From NCBI GenBank assembly GCA_043776185.1, contig JAYVRS010000328.1:1-26372 (forward strand): a DNA stretch of 26,372 nt, given 5' to 3'. Shown here piece by piece: positions 17,973-26,372 of the stretch (position 1 is the first letter of the stretch; the number at the start of each line of letters is the position of its first letter). The position numbers were made by a program, and so were the translations under genes. The stretch is from Bryobacteraceae bacterium. Lineage in GTDB: Bacteria; Acidobacteriota; Terriglobia; Bryobacterales; Bryobacteraceae. Below the pieces are notes generated by a model, which did no database searches, had not been told where the DNA came from, and saw only the letters and a list, made by a program, of their open reading frames with translations.

Positions 17973-18052
17973 GCGAGCGACGACACAAAGAAGATACTAA
18001 TCATGCGGTCGTTGCACGAGCCCCTTGCCGGGGACCAAAGGGGCCGCCTGGG

Positions 18053-18904
18053 CTAGTAACTCCGTAAGTGCTGGAGTAACTCGCTCTCGTGCGCAGTGAC
18101 TGGAGCCGCCTTAAACGCGGGGCTGGGTAGAGTGGCCTCCCAGCGGACGCCCGGCAAGAAGACGGCGACAAAGTCCCATAGGATGCGGCCTTGCACCAAG
18201 CTCGCTTTCCCCCGTACGGGCGTTGTTTCGGCTCGGAGGAGTGGCTGCCAGAAGCTGGCGAGCAAAAGCTGGGGGTCCCAGAAATGGCGCACGCGCGGGT
18301 CGGCGGCGCGGGCCATGGTTTCTAGCGACGGCGCTTCGGTGTCGCTATCCAGCACTGGTTCCCAAACGAGAAACGCCTTCACGTCCCGCTGCGGCAACTG
18401 GTGCAGCACAGATTCGATTGCAGAGGCCCCCTGCAAACAAGTGCTTCAAGTGGGGGAGAGCAGCGCTATTACACGCGTCTCGTTTATCGAAGCGTTGAAG
18501 CTGGTGCGGAGTTGATTGAGGTCAATGAGCGTGCGGAGCGGCAACGCTGATACCCCGCCCTTTACCGCGGATGGCGAGGCTGAGCCCGCCAAACGATTGG
18601 CTGACCATTGCGGAAACGCCCCCAGCGCCACCACGGCGCCCAGCGACAGCCATACCAGGGCCTGAGCCCATAGCGGCCGGGCCATCGCGCAACTGCGCTT
18701 CCGGTACAAAGAATACAACGCATAGCCCACCAGGGCCAGGGACAAGGCCAGCAGATAGGGGCGCGCTTCCGTAAGCCAAACGCCACCAATTGAGAGACCG
18801 CCCGCTAACAGAATCGCGGGCAGCGGCAAGCAACAACTCACCATCGCCACCACACTCGCCAGTGCGGCCAACGCGGATACCGAGGCTCGTTTGGGCTCAT
18901 TCAT
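18053..18904 (-). CDS. Putative selenoprotein: MerT-like membrane domain fused to a thioredoxin-like UxxC domain (283 aa, Sec at residue 153)
   Basis: ORFs 18446..18967 and 18053..18436 are in the same frame, separated only by TGA at 18448-18446: ...VIALLSPT-TGA-STCLQGASA. The N-terminus has MerT-like VSCCLP, RPY and YRKRSC. Start placed at MNEPK (18904). Confidence 0.8.
18405..18445 (-). promoter_or_regulatory. Candidate bacterial SECIS element
   Basis: Directly 3' of the TGA: lower stem AGCAC/GTGCT, upper stem TTGCAG/CTGCAA and a G-rich apical loop (GGGGCCT) 16-22 nt after the UGA. Confidence 0.6.
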
Positions 18905-18966
18905 GTCAGTACTCAGCGTCTCATAACGCCGCGAATCAGGCAAACTAGAGAGAGGAGATCGCATCA

Positions 18967-19347
18967 ATGGAAGCCGGTAAGAAATTTCTTGAAGAGAACG
19001 CCAAAAAGGAAGGTATCCAGACGACGGCGTCTGGCTTGCAGTACGAAGTGCTGCGCGCCGGTGACGGCCCTAAACCCGGTGCCGCGAACACGGTGGAAGT
19101 ACACTACGAAGGGCGTCTCATCGACGGCAAAGTCTTCGACTCGAGCTATCAGCGCAAGCAGACCATTTCCTTCCCCCTCAACCGCGTCATTCCGGGCTGG
19201 ACCGAAGGCCTGCAGTTGATGCCCACCGGCTCCAAGTACCGCCTCTACATTCCGTCGGAGCTCGGCTACGGCGCGCGCGGTGCCGGCGGCGACATTCCGC
19301 CCCATGCCGCGCTGATCTTCGATGTTGAGCTGATCTCGATCCGATAG
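18967..19347 (+). CDS. FKBP-type peptidyl-prolyl isomerase
   Basis: [50 protein letters not shown]. Confidence 0.97.
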   Translation: MEAGKKFLEENAKKEGIQTTASGLQYEVLRAGDGPKPGAANTVEVHYEGRLIDGKVFDSSYQRKQTISFPLNRVIPGWTEGLQLMPTGSKYRLYIPSELGYGARGAGGDIPPHAALIFDVELISIR

Positions 19348-19363
19348 CTGTCACACTAGAGAG

Positions 19364-20419
19364 ATGAACGCAGCAAATCGGTCAGTAATTGGCATGGACT
19401 TGGCCGAACTTGAGCAAGCGCTCAAGCCCGAACCCGCCTACCGGGCCAAGCAAATCTTCGAGTATGTCTATGCCAAGCGCATCTTGGATTATGAGCAGAT
19501 GACCTCCTTACCCGCCGCCCTGCGCAAGCGCCTGGCGGTGGATCTGCCCATTGGTCTGCCCCACGTCAATCAGCGCTTCGACTCCACCGATGGCACCCGG
19601 CGTTACTTGCTCGACATGGCCGACGGCCGCACCATCGAGACCGTCCTGATGCCGCAGGATAACCGCGACACCATCTGCATCTCCTCGCAAGTGGGCTGTC
19701 CGGTGGATTGTAAGTTCTGCCTCACCGCGCTGATGGGCCTCGAGCGCAATCTGACGGCGGGCGAGATTGTGGCCCAGGTGCTGCTGGTGATGCAGCACAA
19801 CGAACTCTCCCCGACGGACCGGCGGCTGAACCTGGTGCTGATGGGCATGGGCGAGCCCTTGCTCAACCTACCCAATGTGTTGAAGGCCACGCAGTTGCTC
19901 ACCGCCGAAATCGGCATTGCGCCGAAGCGCATTGTGCTCTCCACGTCGGGCATCATTCCGAAGATGGAAGAGTTGGCCAAAGCCGAAGTGCGGCCGCGGC
20001 TGGCGATCTCCCTCAATGCCAGCTACGAAGCCCAACGGCGTGAGATCATGCCGATCACCAAGAAGTATCATCTGGCCGACTTGATGGAGGCCTGCCGCCG
20101 CTATCCGTTGCGCAGCGACGAGCGGCTCACCTTTGAGTACGTGCTGCTCAAAGACGTCAACGACACCGACGAAGACGCGCGCCGCGTGGTGCAGTTGATC
20201 GGCAAGTTGGAGTGCAAAGTGAACCTGATCGCGCTCAACCCCGGCCCCGGCATTCCTTACGGGACGCCTACCGAGGAGCGCGTCGCGTCGTTCCAGCGGA
20301 TCATCCGCGATGCGGTTCCCTGCTACTTACGCAAGCCGCGGGGGCGCGACATCTATGCCGCGTGCGGCCAGTTGAAGCGCATGACGAGCGAAGAATTGGT
20401 CACGGTTAGTGCCAGTTAG
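19364..20419 (+). CDS. rlmN: Dual-specificity RNA methyltransferase RlmN (radical SAM)
   Basis: [15 protein letters not shown] (CxxxCxxC), [22 protein letters not shown]. Confidence 0.98.
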   Translation: MNAANRSVIGMDLAELEQALKPEPAYRAKQIFEYVYAKRILDYEQMTSLPAALRKRLAVDLPIGLPHVNQRFDSTDGTRRYLLDMADGRTIETVLMPQDNRDTICISSQVGCPVDCKFCLTALMGLERNLTAGEIVAQVLLVMQHNELSPTDRRLNLVLMGMGEPLLNLPNVLKATQLLTAEIGIAPKRIVLSTSGIIPKMEELAKAEVRPRLAISLNASYEAQRREIMPITKKYHLADLMEACRRYPLRSDERLTFEYVLLKDVNDTDEDARRVVQLIGKLECKVNLIALNPGPGIPYGTPTEERVASFQRIIRDAVPCYLRKPRGRDIYAACGQLKRMTSEELVTVSAS

Positions 20420-20426
20420 CCAATAG

Positions 20427-20456
20427 AAAAAGGCCGCCCCGAGGGACGGCCTTTGC
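20427..20456. terminator. Bidirectional intrinsic terminator between rlmN and jag
   Basis: AAAGGCCG...CGGCCTTT stem flanked by A and T runs, between convergent genes. Confidence 0.75.
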
Positions 20457-20464
20457 AAACTTAA

Positions 20465-21238
20465 CTAACGGCCCCGCGGTGCGCCGCGACCGCCACCCGA
20501 TCCACCGGGACGGCCACCGCCGCCGCTCGATCCACCAGGGCGACCGCCCCCGCGGAATCCACCACCACCACCACGTCCACCGTCACGACCGCCATCGCGC
20601 CCGCCGCGGAAGCCACTGCGGCCACGGTCGTCACGAGCCTCCGCCGGCGGTTCCGGCTTCCAGCCAGGCGTCGCCGTCGCGGCAAAGCCACGAATGGGCG
20701 GCGGACGGAACGCCGGAGCAGGCGGTGCCGCCGGAAGCGGTGCTTCCTTAGGCAATACCACAACCTGCCGTTGCGCTCCCATGCCGATACTCTCGCTGCG
20801 CAGTTCGGTCTCCTCACGAAGCGCCAAATGCAGAATGCGGCGTTCGCGGCTGTTCATCGAAGAGAACAGGAAGGGCTGGCCACTCTTCTTCACCCGCTCC
20901 GCGGCGGAGGCCGCGCTCATGCGCAACTCCTCAATCCGCAGACGGCGATAGTCGTTGGTGTCGAAGCAGATCAGCGAGTGATCCTCGGGCGGCACGCGCA
21001 GCATCTCCATGGTGAGATGCTCCAGAGCCAGCAGCAACTCGGCCTTGTTCTCCAGCAGCATTTCGGCGTCATCACCGATGAAGTCGACCACCAGTTCCGG
21101 ATTCTCGAAGTACTGGATGCTCTGATCAGGATCCGCAAAGTCGGCGTCGAGGTCGAGGCCCATATTGTCGACTGTCTGGTCTAGAAACGCGAGGATCTGC
21201 TCGCGCGCTGTGTCGTTTGCGTATTTTTTCTCGGACAT
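20465..21238 (-). CDS. jag: Jag/EloR/KhpB RNA-binding protein (KH + R3H, Gly/Arg-rich tail)
   Basis: LALEHL...FDTNDYRRLR, MNSRERRILHLAL (R3H). Canonical position after yidC. Confidence 0.9.
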   Translation of the reverse strand: MSEKKYANDTAREQILAFLDQTVDNMGLDLDADFADPDQSIQYFENPELVVDFIGDDAEMLLENKAELLLALEHLTMEMLRVPPEDHSLICFDTNDYRRLRIEELRMSAASAAERVKKSGQPFLFSSMNSRERRILHLALREETELRSESIGMGAQRQVVVLPKEAPLPAAPPAPAFRPPPIRGFAATATPGWKPEPPAEARDDRGRSGFRGGRDGGRDGGRGGGGGFRGGGRPGGSSGGGGRPGGSGGGRGAPRGR

Positions 21239-21268
21239 TGGACCTCGGAACTTTAAGAGTTGAGCGCT

Positions 21269-22999
21269 TTAGAGAAAGCGGTTAAAAACCCATTGCTGGG
21301 CGATCGCCATTATATTGCCAACAAGCCAATATAGTACCAAGCCGCTTGAGGCGCTGTAGAAGAAGAACAGAAACATCAACGGCATAAACATCATCATCTT
21401 GGCCTGCGCCGGGTCCATACCCGGGCTGGCCGGCGTCATTTTTTGCAGCAGAAACTGCGTCCCCACCATCATCAGGGGCAGCAGACGAACCGGAATCGTC
21501 TCGGGCCGCGATAAGTCGGTGACCCACAAAAATTGCGCGCCGCGCATCTGAATTGCCACGTTCAAGACCGTGAGAAACGCGAACAGAAACGGCATTTGAA
21601 TCACCAGCGGAATGCACCCGCCGGCCGGGTTGACGCCATGTTTTTTGTACAGCGCCATCACCTCTTCGTTCTTCTGGGTCATGCGGGGATCTTTCATCCC
21701 GAGCCCTTCGTACTTCTTTTCGATCTTCTTCATCTCCGGCTGAAGGGTCTGCATCTTCTTAGCCGATTTCAAGCTAGTAATCTTCAACGGCAGCATGGCC
21801 ATGTTGATGATCACGGTGACGATCACAATCGCAAAGCCATAAGAGTAGTTAGGCGTAAAGCCCTTCACCCAGTTGTGAACCATCACCAAGCCAGAGAACA
21901 GCGGCTTGGCCAGCCAGCCGAGCCAGGAACCCCAATCGATGATACGTTCCAGCTTAGGGTCGGTGGCGCGCAGAATGTCCACGTCCTTGGGCCCGACGAA
22001 AAGCGTGTAGTCGTTCTGCGCATTGCCGCCGACGGATACGCCCGCATGGGGCTCCTCGGCATTGTCGAGTTGCTTGACCATGTCGGAGTAGGTGCGCAAC
22101 TCCATCACTTGGCCGGATTGCTTGGGGAAGAAGACCGCCGCGAAGTAAGAGTCCTCCACGCCGGCAAACACAAACTGGCCGCGCTCCACCACTTTGCCTT
22201 TGGCCCCCGCCTTGCCGTCGCGCACCAGAATCCGCCCACGCGGATCTTGCACGCTCCCCAGCATTCCCTCGCCCGTGGTCGCATCGGGGCCCGTCATGTG
22301 GAGGGAATGAAGATAGCCGGTGGGCGCATTGACGGTGGCATCGCCAAAACCGCCGCGCCAAGTGAGGTTATGCGGCACGGGTTGCCCGGAAACGTAGGCT
22401 TCGGTGGAAACCTGAACGCGATAATCGCTCTTCTCGAAAACGAATCGCTTCTTCGCCCGCAAGTTGGCGTCGGCGTATTCAAACTCGATCGTTTGAAAGC
22501 CCTCGCTCGGAAAGCGATGAGCGTAGATGACGGCGTTGGGGTCGCTGCCCGGAAACTTGTCGGTGAAAGCCAGCCCCATCGGGTAACCATGGGCGGCCGC
22601 TCCATTGGGCTGCACCAGTTCCAGCGGCTTGCCGTTGGTGTCCTTATACTTCTTCAATTGCCAGGACACCACCACGCCACCTTTGGTGGAAAAGCGCACC
22701 TTGTGCACGTCGGTGTCAATTTCCAGAATCTCTTCTTTCGTGCCAGTGACGGTATTGAGGGGCTTGGCTGCGGCGACGGTCGGCCCGGTTCCGGTCTTCG
22801 TTCCAGCCTTGGTACCGGCGGGAACTGCGGTGGATGGCGTAGGCAGCGTCACTTGAGGTTGCGACATCTCCTTCTTGGCCACCTTCGGAGGAGTGGCCGT
22901 AGGAAACAGCGACGACGAGAAATAAAGGATTCCGCCCGCGATCACGAAAAACAGGAGCAGATTGCGCTCCATCGAAAATTCTTGCTTATTGTCGGCCAT
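21269..22999 (-). CDS. yidC: Membrane protein insertase YidC
   Basis: [42 protein letters not shown]. Confidence 0.98.
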   Translation of the reverse strand: MADNKQEFSMERNLLLFFVIAGGILYFSSSLFPTATPPKVAKKEMSQPQVTLPTPSTAVPAGTKAGTKTGTGPTVAAAKPLNTVTGTKEEILEIDTDVHKVRFSTKGGVVVSWQLKKYKDTNGKPLELVQPNGAAAHGYPMGLAFTDKFPGSDPNAVIYAHRFPSEGFQTIEFEYADANLRAKKRFVFEKSDYRVQVSTEAYVSGQPVPHNLTWRGGFGDATVNAPTGYLHSLHMTGPDATTGEGMLGSVQDPRGRILVRDGKAGAKGKVVERGQFVFAGVEDSYFAAVFFPKQSGQVMELRTYSDMVKQLDNAEEPHAGVSVGGNAQNDYTLFVGPKDVDILRATDPKLERIIDWGSWLGWLAKPLFSGLVMVHNWVKGFTPNYSYGFAIVIVTVIINMAMLPLKITSLKSAKKMQTLQPEMKKIEKKYEGLGMKDPRMTQKNEEVMALYKKHGVNPAGGCIPLVIQMPFLFAFLTVLNVAIQMRGAQFLWVTDLSRPETIPVRLLPLMMVGTQFLLQKMTPASPGMDPAQAKMMMFMPLMFLFFFYSASSGLVLYWLVGNIMAIAQQWVFNRFL

Positions 23000-23237
23000 G
23001 CAACTCAGTTCTTTGAATCTCAGATTGAGGGGGGACCGGATCGATGCCGCCCGGATGCCACGGATGGCACTTCAGTAGGCGCCGGATACCGTAATAGATG
23101 CCCCGCCCTGCTCCGTGGGTTCCGATTGCGTCGTGCATGTAACAGGAGCAGGTGGGATAAAATCGGCAAGCCGAGGGTAACAGGGGGGAAATCAAGAGTT
23201 TGTAGCCTCGTAGGAGGACAAGGAGTGCCGCGCTAAC
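22986..23237 (-). CDS. yidD: Membrane protein insertion efficiency factor YidD (start codon unresolved)
   Basis: [22 protein letters not shown]...[18 protein letters not shown]. No ATG/GTG/TTG at the expected N-terminus; the nearest in-frame GTG is at 23324. Confidence 0.9.
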   Translation of the reverse strand, partial: VSAALLVLLRGYKLLISPLLPSACRFYPTCSCYMHDAIGTHGAGRGIYYGIRRLLKCHPWHPGGIDPVPPQSEIQRTELHGRQ

Positions 23238-23590
23238 CGGGCGAAAAGCCGTCCGATCTCTTGCTGCAACTGCAGGGTACTGGCTTGGTCGGCGGCTCGG
23301 CGCGGGTTCACCACGACGCTCCACTGGGCCCCCAGCGATGGCCATTGCAGACGGATCTGTTCCCGGATTCTGCGGCGCAGTCGATTGCGAAAAACGGCTT
23401 TGCCGAGTCCGCGCGGAGTAGTGAAACCCACTTGCGGGCCGTCGCTGCCACCGGGAACCGTCTCCCCAGCCAAGCAAAACGCGGCGAAGTAAGACGACTG
23501 ATGACGGAAACCCTTTTCGTAGACTTGTTTGAATTGAGCCGACCGCAAAATGCGGCATGATTTTGGGAAGCCCCATGAGTCTGGGACCAC
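23192..23590 (-). CDS. rnpA: Ribonuclease P protein component
   Basis: [36 protein letters not shown] (RNR motif). Synteny with rpmH and yidD. Confidence 0.96.
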   Translation of the reverse strand: MVPDSWGFPKSCRILRSAQFKQVYEKGFRHQSSYFAAFCLAGETVPGGSDGPQVGFTTPRGLGKAVFRNRLRRRIREQIRLQWPSLGAQWSVVVNPRRAADQASTLQLQQEIGRLFARLARHSLSSYEATNS

Positions 23591-23599
23591 AATCGGGTC

Positions 23600-23776
23600 C
23601 TAGCGGACTTGGCCAGCCCACCGTACATTGCGTTCGTCGCTGACGGTTAGCTTCCAACGGCCGCGTGCCCGGCGGCGGGCAATCACGTTGCGGCCATCCT
23701 TAGTTTCCATACGCTTACGAAATCCGTGGACCTTGGCCCGGCGGCGATTATTGGGCTGAAACGTTCTTTTCGGCAT
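23600..23776 (-). CDS. rpmH: 50S ribosomal protein bL34
   Basis: [23 protein letters not shown]...RRRARGR. AAGGA RBS; start moved to ATG 23776. Confidence 0.98.
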   Translation of the reverse strand: MPKRTFQPNNRRRAKVHGFRKRMETKDGRNVIARRRARGRWKLTVSDERNVRWAGQVR

Positions 23777-23876
23777 TCTATTATTTCCTTCGCGCCGGCT
23801 TGAGTTGCCTTTTCGGGGATCCGGACGCCATACAGGCCGCACAAGGCCAAGAGGACAAAATTGTCCCCAAAACTCA

Positions 23877-23905
23877 AGTATAGGGGCCGGTGAGGGTGCT
23901 GTCAA
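23877..23905 (-). promoter_or_regulatory. Near-consensus sigma70 promoter for the rpmH operon
   Basis: TTGACA (23905-23900), 17-nt spacer, TATACT (23882-23877), about 100 nt upstream of rpmH. Confidence 0.85.
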
Positions 23906-24232
23906 ATCACCCTGGTCGCTGTCCGTCACTGTCCGTCACTGTCGCCCCAGGTTTGAACCATTCCGGCATCTCCTCCGCCAAGCCACTCCTCCGCCAGGCC
24001 CGCGGGCGGCGGTCGTCGCGCAATCCATCATTCACCCCGCAGGATATTCGGCGGACCCTCGTGGAAATGACGCGCGATTCGGCGACGAATCTTCCTCTTC
24101 CCGATCCTCCAAACCGAACGCTTGCGCGCTGCGGCCGGGGCTCTTTTCTTCCCTTCCGCATGCCGGTTTATCCCAGATGGCGGCCATCGCGACATTTGCA
24201 GTGGTAAATGAAGCCCGGTAAGGAGATACTAA

Positions 24233-25408
24233 GTGCTTTCGATGGACCCAATTTACGAAATAATCGAGCTGCAGCAGAAGCTGGCGCGGGTGCAGAGCCT
24301 TTTGGAAGCGTCGCGGCGCGTGCATTCGACGATCCGGCTGGATGACGTGCTCGCCGGGGTGCTGGAGATTGCGGCCAAGGAACTCGAAGCCGACGGGGCG
24401 TTCATTGTGTCGACCGGGCAGCAGTTCGAGGCGCGTACCGGCGTTTATGGTCAAGTGCCCGACGACTGGAGCCGCTGGACGGAGCGCCTCGAGATGCCGG
24501 GCTATGCGAGTGCGCCGATGCCGAATGAGCGCGGCGAAGCGATGGCTCATTTGGTGGTGTACCGGCCGGAAGCCTTGTCGATGGAAGAAGCCGACTTTCT
24601 CGAAGGGTTGGCGCTGCAGTCAGCTTTGGCGGTGGGCAACGCGCAGCACCACGAGCGGACCATCGAATGGGAACGCGTGCAGATGGACCTGGACGCCGCG
24701 CGCACCATCCAGCGCAGCCTTCTGCCCCAAGAGGTGCCGGCGATTGCGGGCTATACGCTCAACTACCGGTCGACGACTTGTTACGAGGTGGGCGGCGACT
24801 ACGTCGACGTGGTGCCCTTGGCCGATGGGCGCCTCATGATGGTGTTGGCCGACGTGGCGGGCAAGGGGCTGGCGTCGGCCATGATTTCGATGACGTTCCG
24901 GTCGAGCTTTCGGGCCATGGCGGGCGCGGGGTTGCCGTTGCACGAGATGGCGGCCCGGATGAATACGCTGCATTGGCAGGAAGGCCTGGAGGCGCGGCGG
25001 CGTTATGTGACGGCCATTCTGCTGTGTTTCGATCCGGCGTCACATACCATCGAAGCCGTTAACGCAGGCCACAACCCGGCGTTTCTCGCCGTCGGCCAAC
25101 AAAGGCTGCAGATTGGGGCCAGCGGACCGCCCTTAGGCATGTTGCCGGGCCGCACTTACGAAACCGAGCACTTTGTGTTCAAGGAAGGAAACCAGATGTT
25201 GCTTTACACGGATGGCTTAACCGAGGTGTTTCGCGGCGAGGAGGAGTTTGGCGAGGAACGGTTGATGGGTTTGTTGAACGACCAACCTGATGACTTTCTG
25301 GACCATGTGTGGACGACCCTCAAGCGCTTTACCGGCCATGCCCGCCAAACCGACGATATGACCGCACTGTACCTGCGCCGCGCGGGGGGAGATAACCATG
25401 GTGAGTGA
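24233..25408 (+). CDS. GAF-like + SpoIIE/RsbU-type PP2C phosphatase
   Basis: GGDYVD, LADVAGKG, NAGHNP, YTDGLTE, DDMTAL. AAGGAG RBS. Confidence 0.95.
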   Translation: MLSMDPIYEIIELQQKLARVQSLLEASRRVHSTIRLDDVLAGVLEIAAKELEADGAFIVSTGQQFEARTGVYGQVPDDWSRWTERLEMPGYASAPMPNERGEAMAHLVVYRPEALSMEEADFLEGLALQSALAVGNAQHHERTIEWERVQMDLDAARTIQRSLLPQEVPAIAGYTLNYRSTTCYEVGGDYVDVVPLADGRLMMVLADVAGKGLASAMISMTFRSSFRAMAGAGLPLHEMAARMNTLHWQEGLEARRRYVTAILLCFDPASHTIEAVNAGHNPAFLAVGQQRLQIGASGPPLGMLPGRTYETEHFVFKEGNQMLLYTDGLTEVFRGEEEFGEERLMGLLNDQPDDFLDHVWTTLKRFTGHARQTDDMTALYLRRAGGDNHGE

Positions 25409-25838
25409 ACCAATCGTGACGGAGTTGAGGCTGCCTTCGCGGCTGGGCTTCGAGAAAGTGGCCATGGGGACGGCAGCCAGCGTCGCCCAGATGATGGGCT
25501 TTTCGGCGGATCGCGTCGAGGACCTCAAAACCGCCGTGGCCGAGGCTTGTATCAACGCGATTGAGCACGGAAACAAACTCAATGACCGTTTGGTAGTGGT
25601 CGTTACGCTATCGATGGATGTGGAGAGCCTGGAAGTGAAGATCGCCGACCATGGAACGGGCGTGCAGCAGGAGTTGCACGTGCCGGACATGGACCGCAAG
25701 ATGTTAGGCGAAGAAGATCCGCGCGGGATGGGAATGTTTCTCATTCAAGCGCTGGTGGATGAAGTGGAATATGTCAGCGCGATGACCGGCAGCTACGCGC
25801 GGCTGGTGATTCATTTGAATAGGAGTCAGGACAAATAA
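25398..25838 (+). CDS. RsbW/SpoIIAB-type anti-sigma kinase (HATPase_c)
   Basis: AVAEACINAIEHGN, IADHGTG, RGMGMFLIQALVDEV. Confidence 0.95.
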   Translation: MVSEPIVTELRLPSRLGFEKVAMGTAASVAQMMGFSADRVEDLKTAVAEACINAIEHGNKLNDRLVVVVTLSMDVESLEVKIADHGTGVQQELHVPDMDRKMLGEEDPRGMGMFLIQALVDEVEYVSAMTGSYARLVIHLNRSQDK

Positions 25839-26182
25839 TGGTAACGCCAACGAAAACGAAGGTCGAACAGAATAGCGGCTTGGCCGTGCTGCGGTTTGAG
25901 GGGGACATTACCAGCACTTCCGAGGAAGCCGTGCTGGGTGAGTATAAAAGCTTGGCCACCGGGACAACGAAGGTCCTGCTGGACTTCACCAAGGTGGGCT
26001 ACTTGAATTCGAGCGGCATCGCGCTAGTAATTCAACTGATGATGGCGGCGAGCAAAATACCGCAGAAAGTCGTTTGTTTTGGATTGTCGGCACACTTTGT
26101 AAAGGTGTTCACGATGCTGGGCTTGGCCAAGTACACGACGCTGCATCCGGACGAGGCGGCGGCGCGGGCGGCGGTGGCTTAA
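25838..26182 (+). CDS. STAS anti-sigma antagonist (RsbV/SpoIIAA-type)
   Basis: VLRFEGDI, LLDFTKVGYLNSSGI (phosphorylatable Ser), VFTMLGL. TAATG overlap with the upstream gene. Confidence 0.95.
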   Translation: MVTPTKTKVEQNSGLAVLRFEGDITSTSEEAVLGEYKSLATGTTKVLLDFTKVGYLNSSGIALVIQLMMAASKIPQKVVCFGLSAHFVKVFTMLGLAKYTTLHPDEAAARAAVA

Positions 26183-26221
26183 GCGGTCGATCGACAACGG
26201 CCAGGGGCATTCGCGCAAACC

Positions 26222-26279
26222 ATCCCCTCCCTGACGGTCGGGGTTCGTATGGCAGAACACGAACCCCGACCGTGAGGGA
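26222..26279. repeat. REP-like inverted doublet, family 2 (copy 2)
   Basis: ATCCCCTCCCTGACGGTCGGGGTTCGT (26222-26248) and ACGAACCCCGACCGTGAGGGA (26259-26279); nearly identical to 17886-17972. Confidence 0.8.
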
Positions 26280-26372
26280 CTGTGAAAAAATCACCTGAGG
26301 CTAAAAGTGGGCCAAATTGGGGGATACAAAACCATTCCCACAACCGCACCAGGGGCTTACAGAGCCTCCTAC

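Noticed and set aside
18905-18967. ORF-track start at 18967 for the MerT-like gene
   Set aside because: It would collide with the divergent FKBP start and RBS; ATG 18904 fits MerT length better.
20465-20700. Gly/Arg-rich repeats at the end of jag
   Set aside because: Ordinary low-complexity RGG-type tail of an RNA-binding protein.
21533-23236. 567-aa plus-strand ORF
   Set aside because: Antisense shadow of yidC/yidD in GC-rich DNA, with no motifs. The same applies to 15356..16066, 17011..17709 and most other short overlapping ORFs in the track.
23920-23944. Short tandem repeat (CTGTCCGTCA)x2.5
   Set aside because: Too short to assign a function, although it lies just upstream of the rpmH -35 box.
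23780-24230. oriC next to rpmH
   Set aside because: No dnaA, no convincing TTATCCACA boxes (best hit has 2 mismatches at about 24168) and no AT-rich unwinding element.
1-26372. CRISPR array, integron attC cassettes, tRNA or rRNA genes
   Set aside because: No regularly spaced repeats, no attC core-site pairs around ORFs and no cloverleaf or rRNA-like sequence seen.

Overview
About 26 kb of GC-rich bacterial DNA, probably from an Acidobacterium (inferred from gene content and protein style, not a database match). The right half is mostly housekeeping: tpiA, an FKBP, rlmN, the jag-yidC-yidD-rnpA-rpmH cluster and a PP2C/anti-sigma/STAS partner-switching trio. The left half is accessory. It holds an IS21 istB remnant, a large secreted Ig-like/beta-barrel-like protein, a Uma2 fragment, and a ~10 kb co-oriented minus-strand cluster: ECF sigma > zf-HC2/TM/TPR anti-sigma > TM-TPR-CHAT protease > two paralogous unknown proteins ending in GCxSCCS > trypsin-like protease > second ECF > Ser/Thr kinase > Zn-finger/wHTH/NDT-like protein. 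A copper-amine-oxidase-like gene with a non-canonical cofactor motif lies divergent to this cluster. Two observations stand out: (1) the multi-protease, two-ECF cluster with its Cys-tailed paralogs; (2) a hidden selenoprotein candidate, where two split ORFs join through an in-frame TGA into a MerT-like membrane domain fused to a UxxC thioredoxin-like domain, with a SECIS-like hairpin just after the TGA. All family assignments are by eye from motifs; no searches were run.
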